64,000 nt of DNA, from positions 3,859,061 through 3,923,060 of the forward strand of contig MU058423.1 of NCBI GenBank assembly GCA_013265495.1, in the 5' to 3' direction. The DNA comes from Vicugna vicugna. Lineage: Eukaryota. A program made the translations under genes and the position numbers. The notes beneath the pieces were generated by a model. That model did no database searches. It saw nothing but the letters and a program-made list of their open reading frames with translations, and had not been told where the DNA came from. Of the stretch, positions 11,772-24,749 are shown one piece after another; position 1 is the first letter of the stretch; every line of letters begins with the position of its first letter.

Positions 11772-11880
11772 TGAAACCCGTGCGGAGGACGAAGAGGGCC
11801 TGTACGACTGTGTGTACGGGGAGGACGAAGGTGGCGAGGTGTACGAGGACCTGATGAAGGCAGAGGAAGCGCAGCCGCCC
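11772..11880 (+). CDS. VAV3: VAV3 coding exon 5 (109 nt), acidic region: (D)ETRAEDEEGLYDCVYGEDEGGEVYEDLMKAEEAQPP
   Basis: Acceptor ctctgttgcAG, donor GTaggc; contains the Vav EVYEDL motif (Tyr173-equivalent, Vav1 Tyr174). Confidence 0.96.
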
Positions 11881-13596
11881 GTAGGCCTCTCACTTGCCTG
11901 CTTTTTTACGTTACTCTGAGTATTTTTTAGGAAAGTGACTATTTGAAGGGCTAATGAATGTCGTTACTTATGTAACTTCTGCTGGGATAGTTTTTTGTTT
12001 GTTTGCTTTTTTTTATCTTTCCTTGCTCATAACTATGTAACCATGGCTCGTTACTGCATCTGGAGACATAGGAACGTGGCATTTTATATAGTTCAGAACA
12101 ACCATAGGGGGGTCTCTGGTCTAATCGTTTCATTTTACTAGTAAGAGAGCCGAATCTGAGAGGTAAGTGACATGTCACCGCCTAAATAATGGCAGAGTGG
12201 CAATAGAACATAATTTCGGGGTAATCGTGAAATTGTGTTGTTATGAAGGGAAATCTCTTTTACCAAAGCAGGTAAATCTACTTTAAATTTGATGTAGCAT
12301 AAATTATATGTTAAATCATATTTCTCTTTGTTAGGGGTTGATAGGAGATACTTCTCCTTTCGTTTCATTGTAGGTCTCCTAGCCTTTTTACTATATTATA
12401 AGCTTAGTTTCACATGTCACCCACAAAGCTTTGTCTACCACTAAAGTATCTAAAACATTCAGAATTACTTTGAATGATTTTCTCAATTTCTGTAATTTGA
12501 AATAGAAAAAAAAAAGATGAGTTGCTTAGCATAGTTGTCTTTTTTTTTTTTAATATGAAAAGCTTTCTTCATCTGCTGGGTGGTAGTTGAGGCTCCTCCC
12601 GTGCTCTGGTGAGTCCACTCAGCAGTCTTTGTCTACTTACATTTAATAAAAGCCTGGCAGGTTGTCAGGGGCCCAGACAGGGAGGTAGCTTTTGTGGGAT
12701 GGAAACAGGTGTCCTGGCCTGTGTTTGAAATGCCATGATGTGCGCTTTAACCCAGCGCACGAGCTGACAGGACGCCCCTGGCAGTGTTTTAAGAGTGAGG
12801 TGACAGAGTATCATCTGGACCTCCTTTAAACTGCTTTGAGCACCAGCAGATGCTGTATCTTCCTTCCCAGGGTCAGTCGTCCCTCAGCTGATGGCACTCC
12901 TGTGGTGCAGGGTTAACGGTGATGATAGATTCGTGCCCGGGGCCCTTCCTGTGGAGTCCTCAGGGTGTTAAGCCTCTACATGGGTCATCTCATTTACAGC
13001 TCCTTGGGCTGGGGACTGTAATTCTATTTTATAGACGAGAAAACTGAGACACAATAGCAAGCTAATAACAGTAAAACTGGTCCTGGAGCCCAATTCTGAC
13101 TGATCCCAAAACCTTTGGTCTTCATGCCACGTCCCTCTGCCTTCAGTCTTAAACTTTTAGTAAAAGAGCCAAACACCAAGATGTTAACTTTTGAAAAACT
13201 ATTTTAAGATTTTTACTTACCAAATATACTTGTATTGTTTTTGCAGCTATTTCTACAGCACTTGTAGAGGATGCTGTACACTAAGAAAGTGATATTACAC
13301 CATTCCTGATGTTTTCACATTCAGTAATGTTTATAATAAAATAGACGTTTCAATTTGAAGAATGTCCCTAGACTCAAAAGTTTATTTTTAATTATCTAAA
13401 ACTTTTTCATTTTCATTGTTCAGATTTCTTTAAAAAGCAAAAATACTTCACAAATACAGTTAAATATATCTTTCAGTTATGTGTTTTATTAGAATGGAAT
13501 GCTTAGAAAAATCAATAATTTTGATTTCTAGCTTTGGCCAGAGTGTTAGTACATGAATTTGGTTAAATAATTTAAATTTGGAAATTCTAATTGCAG

Positions 13597-13689
13597 AAAT
13601 GTCCAGAAAATGACATACGAAGTTGCTGCCTAGCAGAAATTAAGCAGACGGAGGAAAAATATACAGAAACATTGGAGTCAATAGAAAAA
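13597..13689 (+). CDS. VAV3: VAV3 coding exon 6 (93 nt), start of the DH domain: KCPENDIRSCCLAEIKQTEEKYTETLESIEK
   Basis: Acceptor ttgcAG, donor GTaagt; phase 0/0. Confidence 0.97.
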
Positions 13690-13819
13690 GTAAGTCGTCG
13701 GGTGTCATTCTTGATGGTCAAATACCATCTTGTATAATTAATGCCTTGGGCTCAAGGTCATTCTGCTGTGTCTGTGTTGTGATTGTCTGTAGAACTTTGG
13801 GTTTAAAGATCTCAAAGCA

Positions 13820-14960
13820 GATTTATTCATCCCACAACTGTTTACTGATTTCTCAGTACCTGAATGGTACTATTCTAGAGACTGAGGATGTAGCAGTAAA
13901 CACGACAGAACTCTGATTTTCATGACACCTTCTCTCTCGTGGGAGGGTTTATAATTTAAGTAAATAATATGCCAGGTGGTGGTAAGTCCTCTGAAGAAAA
14001 ACAAGGCAGAGGAAGGGGATAGAAGGTGACGGGGGAGGCTGGTATTATCCTGTGCAGAGTGGTAATGGACGGCCTCTTTGATCAGATCCTGTCTAAGCAG
14101 ACAGCTGAGTGAATTGAGGGAGCAAGCCACGCAGTGGCCAGAGCTGACAGTCCACGGGGGACAGGCCCTCAGACGGGACCATGTTCAGTGTGCTTCCAGG
14201 AACAGCAGGAGTCCAGGTGGCCGAGGCAGAATGAGTGAAGGGAGCAGTGAGATCAGAGGTGTGGTGAGCCCCTGGGTCACAGAGGGGCACACAGAGCATC
14301 TGGCTCAGAGCTGGAGCAGTTTGAGTAGAAGTGGTCTGATCGAATGTAAGTTTTTAACAGCTCTTTCTGACTCTTCTCAGGCAGGGGAGGAAACTGGAAA
14401 AAGGTGAGAAGGATATTGCAGTAATTAAGTTGACAGAAGATGGTGGTATTGGTAGAGGTGGTAGGGAGTGGTCAGATGCTGAATAAATTTTGAGAGTAGA
14501 GGTGAGTGAATTGATGATGAATTAGGTAAAGGAGGTGTGGAAAAGAGCAATCAAGAATGCTAGAGTTTTAGCATGAGTAACTGTGTGGATGGTCAGGATG
14601 GGGACTGAGATGGGGAAGGACAGGTTTGGGAACCACCAGTCTATCAGGACCCAGTAAATTTGCAATACCTGTTAGCTTCCCCGGGGATGCGTTGAGGAGG
14701 AAGTGAGAGAGATGAGTCTGACATCAAGAGGAAGGGGTGACTCGACATACAGATTGGGCCGTTGTTGCCCTGGGTGGTGTTGAAGGCCGTGGCCCTCGAT
14801 GGGATCACCAAGGGAGTGACTGTTGATGGAGGTGTGAGGCCACCTCTGCTGCCCTCCACATTTGCAGGTTAAGAAAATGGGAACCAGGAGAACCTTTTGG
14901 GAGTTTACAAAAAAGAGGTGAAGGTGTGGAAGACTTGTTCAGGAGAAGGAGGGAGTGAAT
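13820..14960. mobile_element. Degraded L2 LINE
   Basis: ATTTATTCATCCCACAACTGTTTACTGA...TACTATTCTAGAGACTGAGGATGTAGCAGTAAACA followed by a purine-rich body typical of L2; boundaries approximate. Confidence 0.65.
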
Positions 14961-15926
14961 GTGCTGCAATGACGTAGCACAGCGGGCTTAGTTGGGCTTT
15001 GTGGTTATATTTTGAATAAGAACATCAGTATAGTTCCTGTTTAACTTTTTAGGTACAGACGCAAAATATATAGCCAGCTGGGTGTAACCAGGGTGTTCAT
15101 TTTTCCTCAGTGGAAGAGGAGAGGGTCAGGGTATATGCAGGGAAAGGATTCTGATGATGCCCGTAGGGGGTGAACTGGGTGACAAGGGAGGTGAGGACAT
15201 GGGGGATGTGGGCTGGTCAGTGGACTGGCAGACCCAGTGGGGTTGAAGAAGTCCTTGAAGGAATGAGCTGGAAAGGTGGGAGGGCAGAGGTCAGCATCGG
15301 TGCTGTGGAGCCTTTGCAGGTGTCGGTGCTGGCAGGGTCTTGGGATGTGACCACGGGAGCAGCTGAGCTAGGATGGGACACAGATTATTGGAGTCCAAGG
15401 AACTGAGAGGCCAGGCTCCTGGAAGGATCATCGGCACAGGTGCTGAGATGGCCGAAAATGAGGGTGGGAGGAATATTGGGAAGAGATGCGGCCAGCCAGA
15501 AGCTACAGTTCTCAAGGGATGAAGGGGAATGACCCATAAATTGCATAAGCAGATTATTGAGCTCAGGGATCTAGAATCTCCACAAAGCATATGAGGGATG
15601 TTTTGTCTTAACCCTCAAATACGTCTCCAAAACGTTACCATTTTTTCCAGTTCAGCTAATGGTGTTCTCTCTCCCTCTCTTTTTTCACCCTTACTTTCAG
15701 AAGCAGTTGTAGCCCAGATCTTTTATTTGTACTTAAAATGTATTAACTATTTATGTCTTTATATTTCTGTTCAAGTATAATATCTTCACGGTAGTTCTTT
15801 TTTCTCAGTATTCATAACGTTGATAAACAGTTAACTCTCCATAAATATTTATTGCTTGCTGGTGAAAACTGTCACATACATGAGGATAAGTTGTGCTTAA
15901 TGATTCTTCTCTCTTCTCTCTGGTAG

Positions 15927-15995
15927 TATTTCATGGCACCGTTAAAAAGATTTCTGACAGCAGCAGAATTTGATTCAGTATTCATCAACATTCCT
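15927..15995 (+). CDS. VAV3: VAV3 coding exon 7 (69 nt): YFMAPLKRFLTAAEFDSVFINIP
   Basis: Acceptor ctctctggtAG, donor GTaagt; DH domain. Confidence 0.97.
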
Positions 15996-17828
15996 GTAAG
16001 TAAAAATGCGCCAGTTGACATTCTATAAAATCCTCATTTTCTTCTTGACTCCCTATTTTAACATTCTCCTATTTTCTTTAAGAATTTTGACCCAATTATT
16101 ATTATTATTATTTTTTGCCTCCTGAGTTCTTATAGTCTTATTCTATTCTGGAAGTAACTGATATGTCATATTGTCAGCCGGAAGTCCGTCAGGGTGTATG
16201 CTGAACACAGATGGATAAGATTCATGTGTTACCCTGCACTGCCCATCATGACATGGTGTCTCAGTTAGTCCCTGCTGTTACTGTCTCTTCACCTTGTGGC
16301 CGTCCCCTTCTGCCCCACTCCCTGCTCTCATGTTCCTCCAGCCCCCGGACCCCTTCTTGCAGACACTGGCCTGGCTCCATCCGGCTCCATCCACTTCCCG
16401 CCATTCCTGCACTTCCTTGACCTCTGCTTTGTGATGTTTTCCGTTTCCAGATGTGTCAGCCTAAACTCCCATTTCTGAAATACACTATTTCCTTAGGATT
16501 TAACAGTCCATTTTAATGGTAAGATGTGAGGAGCTTTTCTTCACATTTATGTAAGCATTTCAGATTTCAGGATACTGTACAATTATCTGACAACCCTAAA
16601 AGGATACTTACCCAGAAGCAGAGAAGCAAGCCAGTGCTAAACCCTGTGAGGTCTTGCTAGGCAAGACTCACGTTCTTAGACCTCCAGAACAGGCTTGGTT
16701 TTAACATACAGCTTTTATAGACAGTATATAAGCGTTCATGTACAGGCTGGCTTGTATCAATTTTGATTCTTTTAGATTTAGTGTTGCCGTGCACCAGGCA
16801 GTTAGCTGTGGCATGCTGTCCTTGTCTCTGATTTTGGCCAAAGGAAGATGTTTGTATTGATTTCTATGAAGGAAGAAGAAGGTCACAATATCAAACGAAC
16901 ATTTAGCATAAAACAAACCACACATTCTAAGAAGAGGAGGCTCTGGAGCCATCTGAGTAGGCTCGCTGTGACTTAGGACCCATTTGACAGTCCTTATTCT
17001 TGGGGCTTTTCCACATTCCTCAAAAAAATAACAACAGAGCCAACACATTCATGTTTCTCTCCCGCCTACTGAGGAAAGGCACGCAGAGATGTCAGTGTGT
17101 GCTCCAGGGTGCACGGGAAGAGATGCAGGGAGAAATGGCACCTTGACTCAAATCTCCTCGTTTCTTGGCTGTGATGCGTATTTACCATCTCACTGGAAAT
17201 TACTTGCTTATCAGGAGAAATGGGAAATTGTGACTTTTGAGTTGCCCCAGTGCACTGCCTGCTACAATTTATTTGCTGCTTATTTGTGCCTTTAGTTGTC
17301 TGGTTTCAAGTAATTTAGTCTGATTATTGTTAGCTTAGCTCCAGGACACCACTAATTGACCAGAGTACAAATCTGTGTTTTTACGTCCCAAGGACATGAA
17401 TCATTACTTTATCCTGTCAATACATCATTAAGCACTTGGATGGTTTTATTTAAAAATTTAAAGTGATTATAAAATGAAAATGAACTGTACATGTTTTTAT
17501 ACAAGGAATAAATTACCCTTTAATAACTAGTGAGATAATTTCTTTTTCCACAGGACACTGACATTTCAAGTTGGATCTGAAAATGCTATTTGCCATGCAC
17601 GTGGCCTGTCTTCCTCTCTCCGCCCCCTCCTCCTTCCTCCCCTCCCCCTCCTCTTTTCTTCCTGTCTCCCTCCCCCCTTCCCCCCCCCTTTACTGATGGT
17701 AGCACGTGTATATATTGAGGGAATTCGGCATATCCTTGAATATCTAGCAGTGCTGGGCCCCCGGTGATTTTTGGGGTTTTTTTTGATTCTGATTCCTAAT
17801 TTCCTTTGCCATTGTTTTCTTTTCTCAG

Positions 17829-17932
17829 GAACTTGTGAAAGTTCATCGAAACCTAATGCAAGAGATTCATGATTCCATTGTAAATAAAAATGACCAGAAC
17901 TTGTATCAAGTCTTCATTAACTACAAGGAGAG
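17829..17932 (+). CDS. VAV3: VAV3 coding exon 8 (104 nt): ELVKVHRNLMQEIHDSIVNKNDQNLYQVFINYKE(R)
   Basis: Acceptor tttctcAG, donor GTaact; DH domain. Confidence 0.97.
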
Positions 17933-19234
17933 GTAACTTTTGGATTTCAGATTTTGTGGCTATTTGTTTGTAATTACAGTGAGGGTTAGTATTACAATTG
18001 CACAAAACTGGCTCTTACTACAGTTTATTAAGATCCTACCTGGGTAGTAATTAGAACATGGGACAGTTAATCTCAAAGCGATAGTTGAAGTCCATATGTG
18101 TATCAAGAAAAAAAAAAAGTTTCAGGCTTTTGCACTGCAAGTCAGAAGGTGCAGGATTCTGTGCAGAACCTGTCGCCCTGGAGTTCTGGAGTCTCCAGGA
18201 AGGCATTTTTAACTCTGAGCCTCCTTTTTTTCCACCTGTAAATGTTAGGGGTGGATTAGCTGGTACCTGCTGCTTTTTCCAACTCTAATATTTTATAATT
18301 CTCTACTTTGGAGCATTAGATTCACAGCCAAAATCAGTTTCCCTTTCTGAATTTGAAAAAAAAAATCTTCTGAACAACTCATATGAATTAGAAGTAACCA
18401 AGGAATTTGCTTAAAAGGCAGTTCTGTCTTTTAAAATGAAGCGCCATAGTCTAGTTCTAAAAAGTGGCTAATGAATTGCTTTGCATCAACATTAGATAAA
18501 CATTAATGTAGTAGTTCCCTCCCACCCCCCCACCCCCCCAGCCCAGCAGAGTTAAGAGAAACATTAAATCAGCCAGACTCTGTGAAAATCAAAGCCGGTC
18601 TTACTCCAGAGATGCCCTTCCTGAAGCAGACTCCGACCCCTTGCAATACGAGTTATCTTCTGTCCAGCTCAGTGCAGGCTTCTCAGTCCCACTTTCCAGA
18701 CGATGTATTTTTCTTAATTAAAAAGTTGGAAGGAGTAGGAGGTTTATTAATGAGTGGAGTTGTAAGTAGTGACTACAGTGAAATCGCAGCAGAAAATAAA
18801 ACTGCTCCTGAGTGAGCGCAAACAGTGAAGAAGTTGATCTCTAATAGGAAGTTAAACAGATGTTTTATTTTGTTTTTGATGTATATGTTGTATCAAACAG
18901 TATTAACAGTCATTACGCCAGTTTGTAACATCTACCTGCTGTAAAGTTGTATGTGGAATCAATCCTGTTCAAATTTAGAAGTAAAAAAAAAGTCGTCTTT
19001 AATACCATAAGGATGAATGACCCTCATTCCACGACTGTATGTATGATGTGTGTTAAAAAGAAATGAGTAAATTGCCCGGGGTGACCGAGATAGGGGGAGG
19101 GGCAGGACGAGCCAGATTTACTGATTATTCCTAACATGGGTTTAAATAGATGAAAAATTCTACCTCTTTCCTCTTCCACTTTATTCTTGCCTTTTTGTCC
19201 TATAGATTTCTTCCTCTCTCTTCTTCCCTTTCAG

Positions 19235-19334
19235 GTTGGTTATTTATGGGCAGTATTGCAGTGGAGTGGAGTCAGCCATCTCTAGTTTAGACTACATTTC
19301 GAAGACAAAAGAAGATGTCAAACTGAAATTGGAG
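19235..19334 (+). CDS. VAV3: VAV3 coding exon 9 (100 nt): (R)LVIYGQYCSGVESAISSLDYISKTKEDVKLKLE
   Basis: Acceptor cttcccttt cAG, donor GTgcct; DH-domain YxxYC motif. Confidence 0.97.
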
Positions 19335-22300
19335 GTGCCTGTTTATTTCCTGTTTCTATATGACATAGAGTAAAAGAAACCAAAAACATGTTCCTTTTCA
19401 TGATCAAAGCAGCAACAAATTTCCCGTGCATCCTACGTATAATTTCATGTCAGTTTTATAAACTATTTTAATACATAGCTCTATAAAATAATCATATGGC
19501 GGTGGTAATGGCAGTAGTAAGATAGAAGCTTTATTTTACATGCATTATCTCATTAGAGCCTCATGGCTTTGTGAGATACATACAGTTAATTTTCCTATCT
19601 GTGGGTGAGAAAGCCAAGGTTTAGCGAGATGATGAGTAATTTACCCAGGGTAGTAAAAGGTACAGGGTGAGTGAGATATGTGTGAGATAATGTATATGTA
19701 GGTTTAAAATGTTTATTTAAAATATAAGACATTTAGGGGCAGGTGTATAAAAAGGGAATGGATATTGCCCATAAAAAGGAAGACTAGACAGACACACAGG
19801 TAATAGGATTAAGTAGAATGTGAGAAGCATTCATTGAAAGGGCTTCATGAGTAAGGCTGAGTGGTCACTTCAGTAAGTAGAGTTAGACAGTGGAAGATTT
19901 ATCTGAAGGGTTAGCATTTGAGATCGGTCACTGAAGAATGGGGTGAATCTTGACAGATGAGAAAACATATAGGGCTTTCTGGAAGAATTGGTATGTCTTG
20001 ACCAGAAGAGTCGGGGAAGTTTGAGAAGTGCCGAGCAGACTAGTGTAAACAGCACGTGGTAACAATGGAAAATAAGTCTGGAATCTGTGTTAAGTTATTT
20101 TTTGTGTGTGTGCATTTTTTTTTCCGCCACAAAAAGTGTTCGCACTTTCAAGAAAACTTCTGAAAAATGATATTTGTGTGTTATGTGAATTATCATCTCA
20201 AATATCTTGTCCATATGTTTGGATTTTCTAAAGTTTCAGGTAGAGATACGTAGTCAACTGTTAGGTGACAGTGTGGCTTAGCTGGCTCTCTCTCATCCTC
20301 TCTGCTGCTCTTTGTTCAGTTTAGCAATGAAGTCAGGTGATGAACAGGAGAAAAAGTAGCAGATGATTTACAAATCAGAACTCCTTCACTGTTGTAGCAT
20401 ATCTGGTCTGGCTTCATAACTCTTAATTCCCACCAAAGGGAACTATTGGTTAGAAGGTTTGCACGTCGACAGGCTGCCAAGTAACTGCACTAACTCAGTG
20501 TCATAGATCTTTCTTCCTTACTTCTTACAGTCCCTGGACGATGTGGACCTTATGTCTAGAGATGGCTTGAGTCCCTAAATGACATCCTTACAACCTTGTT
20601 CGCCTAAGGGGCCCCCACTCCTTTTTGGAGAATAGAGCCTCATAAGTGTAGAACTGTTAGCCACCTTGACTTAAAATATGATGGTGAGATAGAACTTTAC
20701 AGCTTGCGCAACTGGCTCCTGATAGATCTACCATTAAAGCAGTTTTTGCTTTTGTTTTTGTTTTAAATCAAGATATATAATTCTGGCTCAAGGGAGGAGT
20801 CAGCAAGTTGTCCATCAAACCTCCATGAGATTCTCGGCATCATTTGAACGTTCCTCTCCTTTTTTCAGAGTCAGTGTCGCCATCCTGCCCAGTGAGCACC
20901 CTCTGGAGCTCTAGGGACACAGTTGCTGTCGTCACTGTCAGCCTTAGGGAAAGAGAGGGCCTCGGGCTGAGTTTGAAAGGCTCAGGGTGAGGTGCTGATG
21001 GTTCTCTTTTCCTCAGTTGAAACGCCCCGTTTCTCCCCATCTCCCTGACCTGGAGGTACTTACTCAGATGCTCACTGCTAGTCCTCAGCACGTAGTCCTG
21101 GCTGGAGCTGTCTCCTGCCAGTCCCAGCATGTGGAGGGAAAGCTGCCTTAGACTTGGTTTCTCTCTGCCTCCGTCTTCAAATCTTCTTTTCGGTGGTTAC
21201 TTTTGCTCTTGTTGATTTTTGTCTTTTTTCCTCCACTTTGGGACCAAAATAACATGGAGTGAAGGGTAATAGAGTCTTTTATCTCGCCCTACAAGCTGGC
21301 TCACCCCCATTCCGTTTTATTTTCTTCTCAATTAGTGTTGGAGTTGAGGCTAAGCACACGGCTGGATGTTTGGGAAGAATAATTTCTACGCTTTGTTTAC
21401 TTTCACTGCTGACGGACGTTTTAGGCCTGTCTCAGGCCCCCTGTCATGGCTAATGGCAGCAGTGCTAGTTGCTATACTTCCTGAGCCTGTAACTTAGAAC
21501 TAGAACTGATCCCCCCCCAAAGTTTTAAACTCATTTCCATAACATAACAAAATGAATTTTAAATTATGTAATATTTTTGTTCTTAACACTATGTTAAGAT
21601 GGCATAACATAAGAAGTGTGAGATACAACTTCAATTCCAAGGGACTTAAAATGCAGCTGGGAAGATGAGACCCGTTCATTACAATAATATTAACAGTTTG
21701 ACCTCCTATTTGAGACCCACGATCCAGAACTCCGTGTAATCTGTGGAAGCAAGAAATCCGTTGGAATAGTTATCCTTCCAGTGAACCGCAGCAACTGACA
21801 AGACGTGAGCTAACACGTCAGGATGTGGCCCCAGTTCTTCGTGTTTAGGAGCTGTAGTCAAGCACTCATTAACTCAGTATGGTCTTGGAGCTAATGGTGT
21901 TTGTTTTTATAGCTCCTGGTAATATATCCTCTTATGTGCCGAAAAAGCTACGTGTGAGCAAAAGGGAAATCTGAGAGTATTTTCTTGAACACAACTCCTT
22001 CCGTGAACTGGAGAGTTCCTTGGTCTTGGATATGTAATTGTCTGAGGATTTTTGGACTTGTTAGGCTGCTCACTAATAAAAATGTTTTTAGGGAACTTTT
22101 ATTGTTCCTTTGAACTACACAGCAGTTATGTGAGAAACAGTAAAATCAGAAGAGCAACTTGTTCAAGGTCACACAGACGAGAGTTACCAAACTTGATTTA
22201 AATTCAGGTGTTGACACTTCAAAGTGCTTGCTTCAAAGTCATAGTTGATGTGAAAAGAGTGAACCAGTCAATACTATTTTTCAGTAAACTCTTACAAAGA

Positions 22301-23038
22301 GTGTGAGATTAAAAAAATAAAATCTGAGGCTTTTAGAACTTGGAATCCAGTTGTGGGTTTATCCTTTAGTAAATTTTTGGAATCAGTCGTTCCATTTCAT
22401 TCATTTTAACAAATGTTTATTCAGCAAATAGTGGATTCTTAGAGATATAAAAGACATATTGGGGAAGATACTGCTTACAACAATAATTAAAAGACCCACA
22501 GGGCACGGAGGGACAGCACACGTTGGGTTACTAACAGTTTGGGTTGGGATTATTACTAACAGAAGTACAGTCAATCAAGAGGATGATGAGTTTTGCTGGA
22601 AACTAGGCAAAGCACACAGCAGTTGGAAAGAACTGAATGAACGCAGCCATGATGGTGGGGAAGGAGCACGGGGGGTGTGATGAGCAGGGCCTTGCTCTTG
22701 GTGCCTGGTCCACAGGCCTGCTGGGGGAGGCTGGTAAAAGGTAATGTGGCATGTAGGGGCAGATGCTGGAGGACCACTAGAAAAAATAATCTTCATGCAT
22801 AAAAGCGTTCTATGTATTTATTCCCATTTAGTGCTGAAATACTACAAGTTTTATTTCTTTTTTTATTTTACTTGCTGATACTTCCTGTTTTTTAGAAAGA
22901 AGGATTGGGGAGAAGGAAAACAAACTATTTTTTGTCTAATAGCAGTTTTGCTTATGACTTTTGCATCTTTTTCTTTGAATGTTTGTGACTCCCTTTGATA
23001 AAACTAACAAAATTAAATTTAAAAAAATATTTCATTAG

Positions 23039-23134
23039 GAATGTTCCAAAAGAGCAAATAATGGGAAATTTACTCTTCGAGATTTGCTGGTAGTTCCTAT
23101 GCAACGTGTTTTAAAGTATCACCTTCTCCTCCAG
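23039..23134 (+). CDS. VAV3: VAV3 coding exon 10 (96 nt): [32 protein letters not shown]
   Basis: Acceptor ttcattAG, donor GTatgt; hallmark DH motif [12 protein letters not shown]. Confidence 0.98.
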
Positions 23135-24749
23135 GTATGTAACTTAAAACTGTTTATTTGTTCATTCATTACATGCAGCAAAATAGTAATGAAGCATCAA
23201 CTGTGCTTTGAAACTATGTTTGGAGCCCTGTCCCCTTAACAATTTTCAATGATCAGGCTAGCTGCGTGGGAAATAACAGAGCAGCTGGACATCTTTCCTT
23301 CCTTTTGGTAAAGATAATCCTGTGTCTCTCACAAAGTCATACATTTTGTCCTCCAAACAGAACTGGCTCCAAAAAAATGTTTAAAATTTAAAACAAAGCA
23401 AAACAAATAGAAATGTCCCTACAACCAAATCTTCTGTCATTAGCAGTGATCATTTATTGGACTCTCAGTGTCGCTATACGCTTGAATTTTGCGGGTTAAT
23501 TGTGTTAGAACCTGTGCCTTATAACCATAAATGAAAGAGAGTTGTGTCACGTTCTGTGTTGCTTTCTGCTATGCCAAATTATAGTAAGACTACATTTATT
23601 TTGAAGTGATTCTTGTTATAACTCCAAAGCTTATGGTTTCCACGGTTAGTCTTCTAATGAGGGTGGAGAGTCTTATAAATTTAATTTGATAGCTGTACCA
23701 GGAGACTCATTAGTTCTGCTCCAAAGAAATATCTTACTGTATTAGTCTGTCAGCTCCACTGATACTTGTGAAATGTCATTTTGGAAAGATCTACTACCTG
23801 TATGTGGAATGTCATTTTAAGTTTGCTGTGCTTTGTACATCTCGTATATTAAATTTCTTGAACTGTAGCTGCAAAATTATTAGTCAATTCTATTTTTGTT
23901 CCACTGAGAAATCAGAAGGATTCAAACCCTGATTATTCCTTAAAAATGCATTAAAACATTTATGAGACCTAAACTCAAAGCAACTTAATCAAATTGCATT
24001 TTATGAAAAAATAATAAGGAAGACTTAGGCAATCAGTTTCTGAGACATCGTGACACTAAAAACATGTCCACAAGAAGATAGTAATTTACTTTGTAACTTC
24101 GGTATAGTCAAATACCAGCTGAAGAATTTAAAAGGTGCAGTTTTCAAGAAACACCCATTTTGGTCACGTTAAAGATTTTAGACAGACACTTATAAAAGTA
24201 TAAAATATGACTATATCGTTTTGAAATTTGGCAATTTTTTTTTTACTAATTTTTCTTGGGTGGTTTTATATTTTAAATTTCAAAAATATATTTAGTTCCT
24301 TGATGGTTTTTTAAAATAGGAAAAGTTTTATCTGGGACACCACACTTAAGATAGAAATTCTAGAAATGTTTTTCCATTTCAAGATAGTGTCGAGTAGAAT
24401 TAATTTGTCTACTGTTTAGAAATGTGTTGAATAAATGTGGTATGAATGTGCACATTTCCTACTTACTACTATATTTTAGTGGGTAAATCAGTTTTGAAAT
24501 GTCTTATGATTTGAAATCCCAGATCTATCAAATTAAAATATTTTATAGTGGGAGGGGGTTGAAACCTTGAGAATAATTTACTATTATTATTTAAGAAGGG
24601 AGAAGTAAAAATAGAAATAAAAGAATGTTGCTTTGACAGGTTTATTAGACGTAGCAGATTTGGTATCTGTAGGTTCTGTGTGCAGCTAGAACCACCACTG
24701 GTACTGAATGCAGCAAAGGTTTTGGAATGGCTTCCATGGTCCACATACA

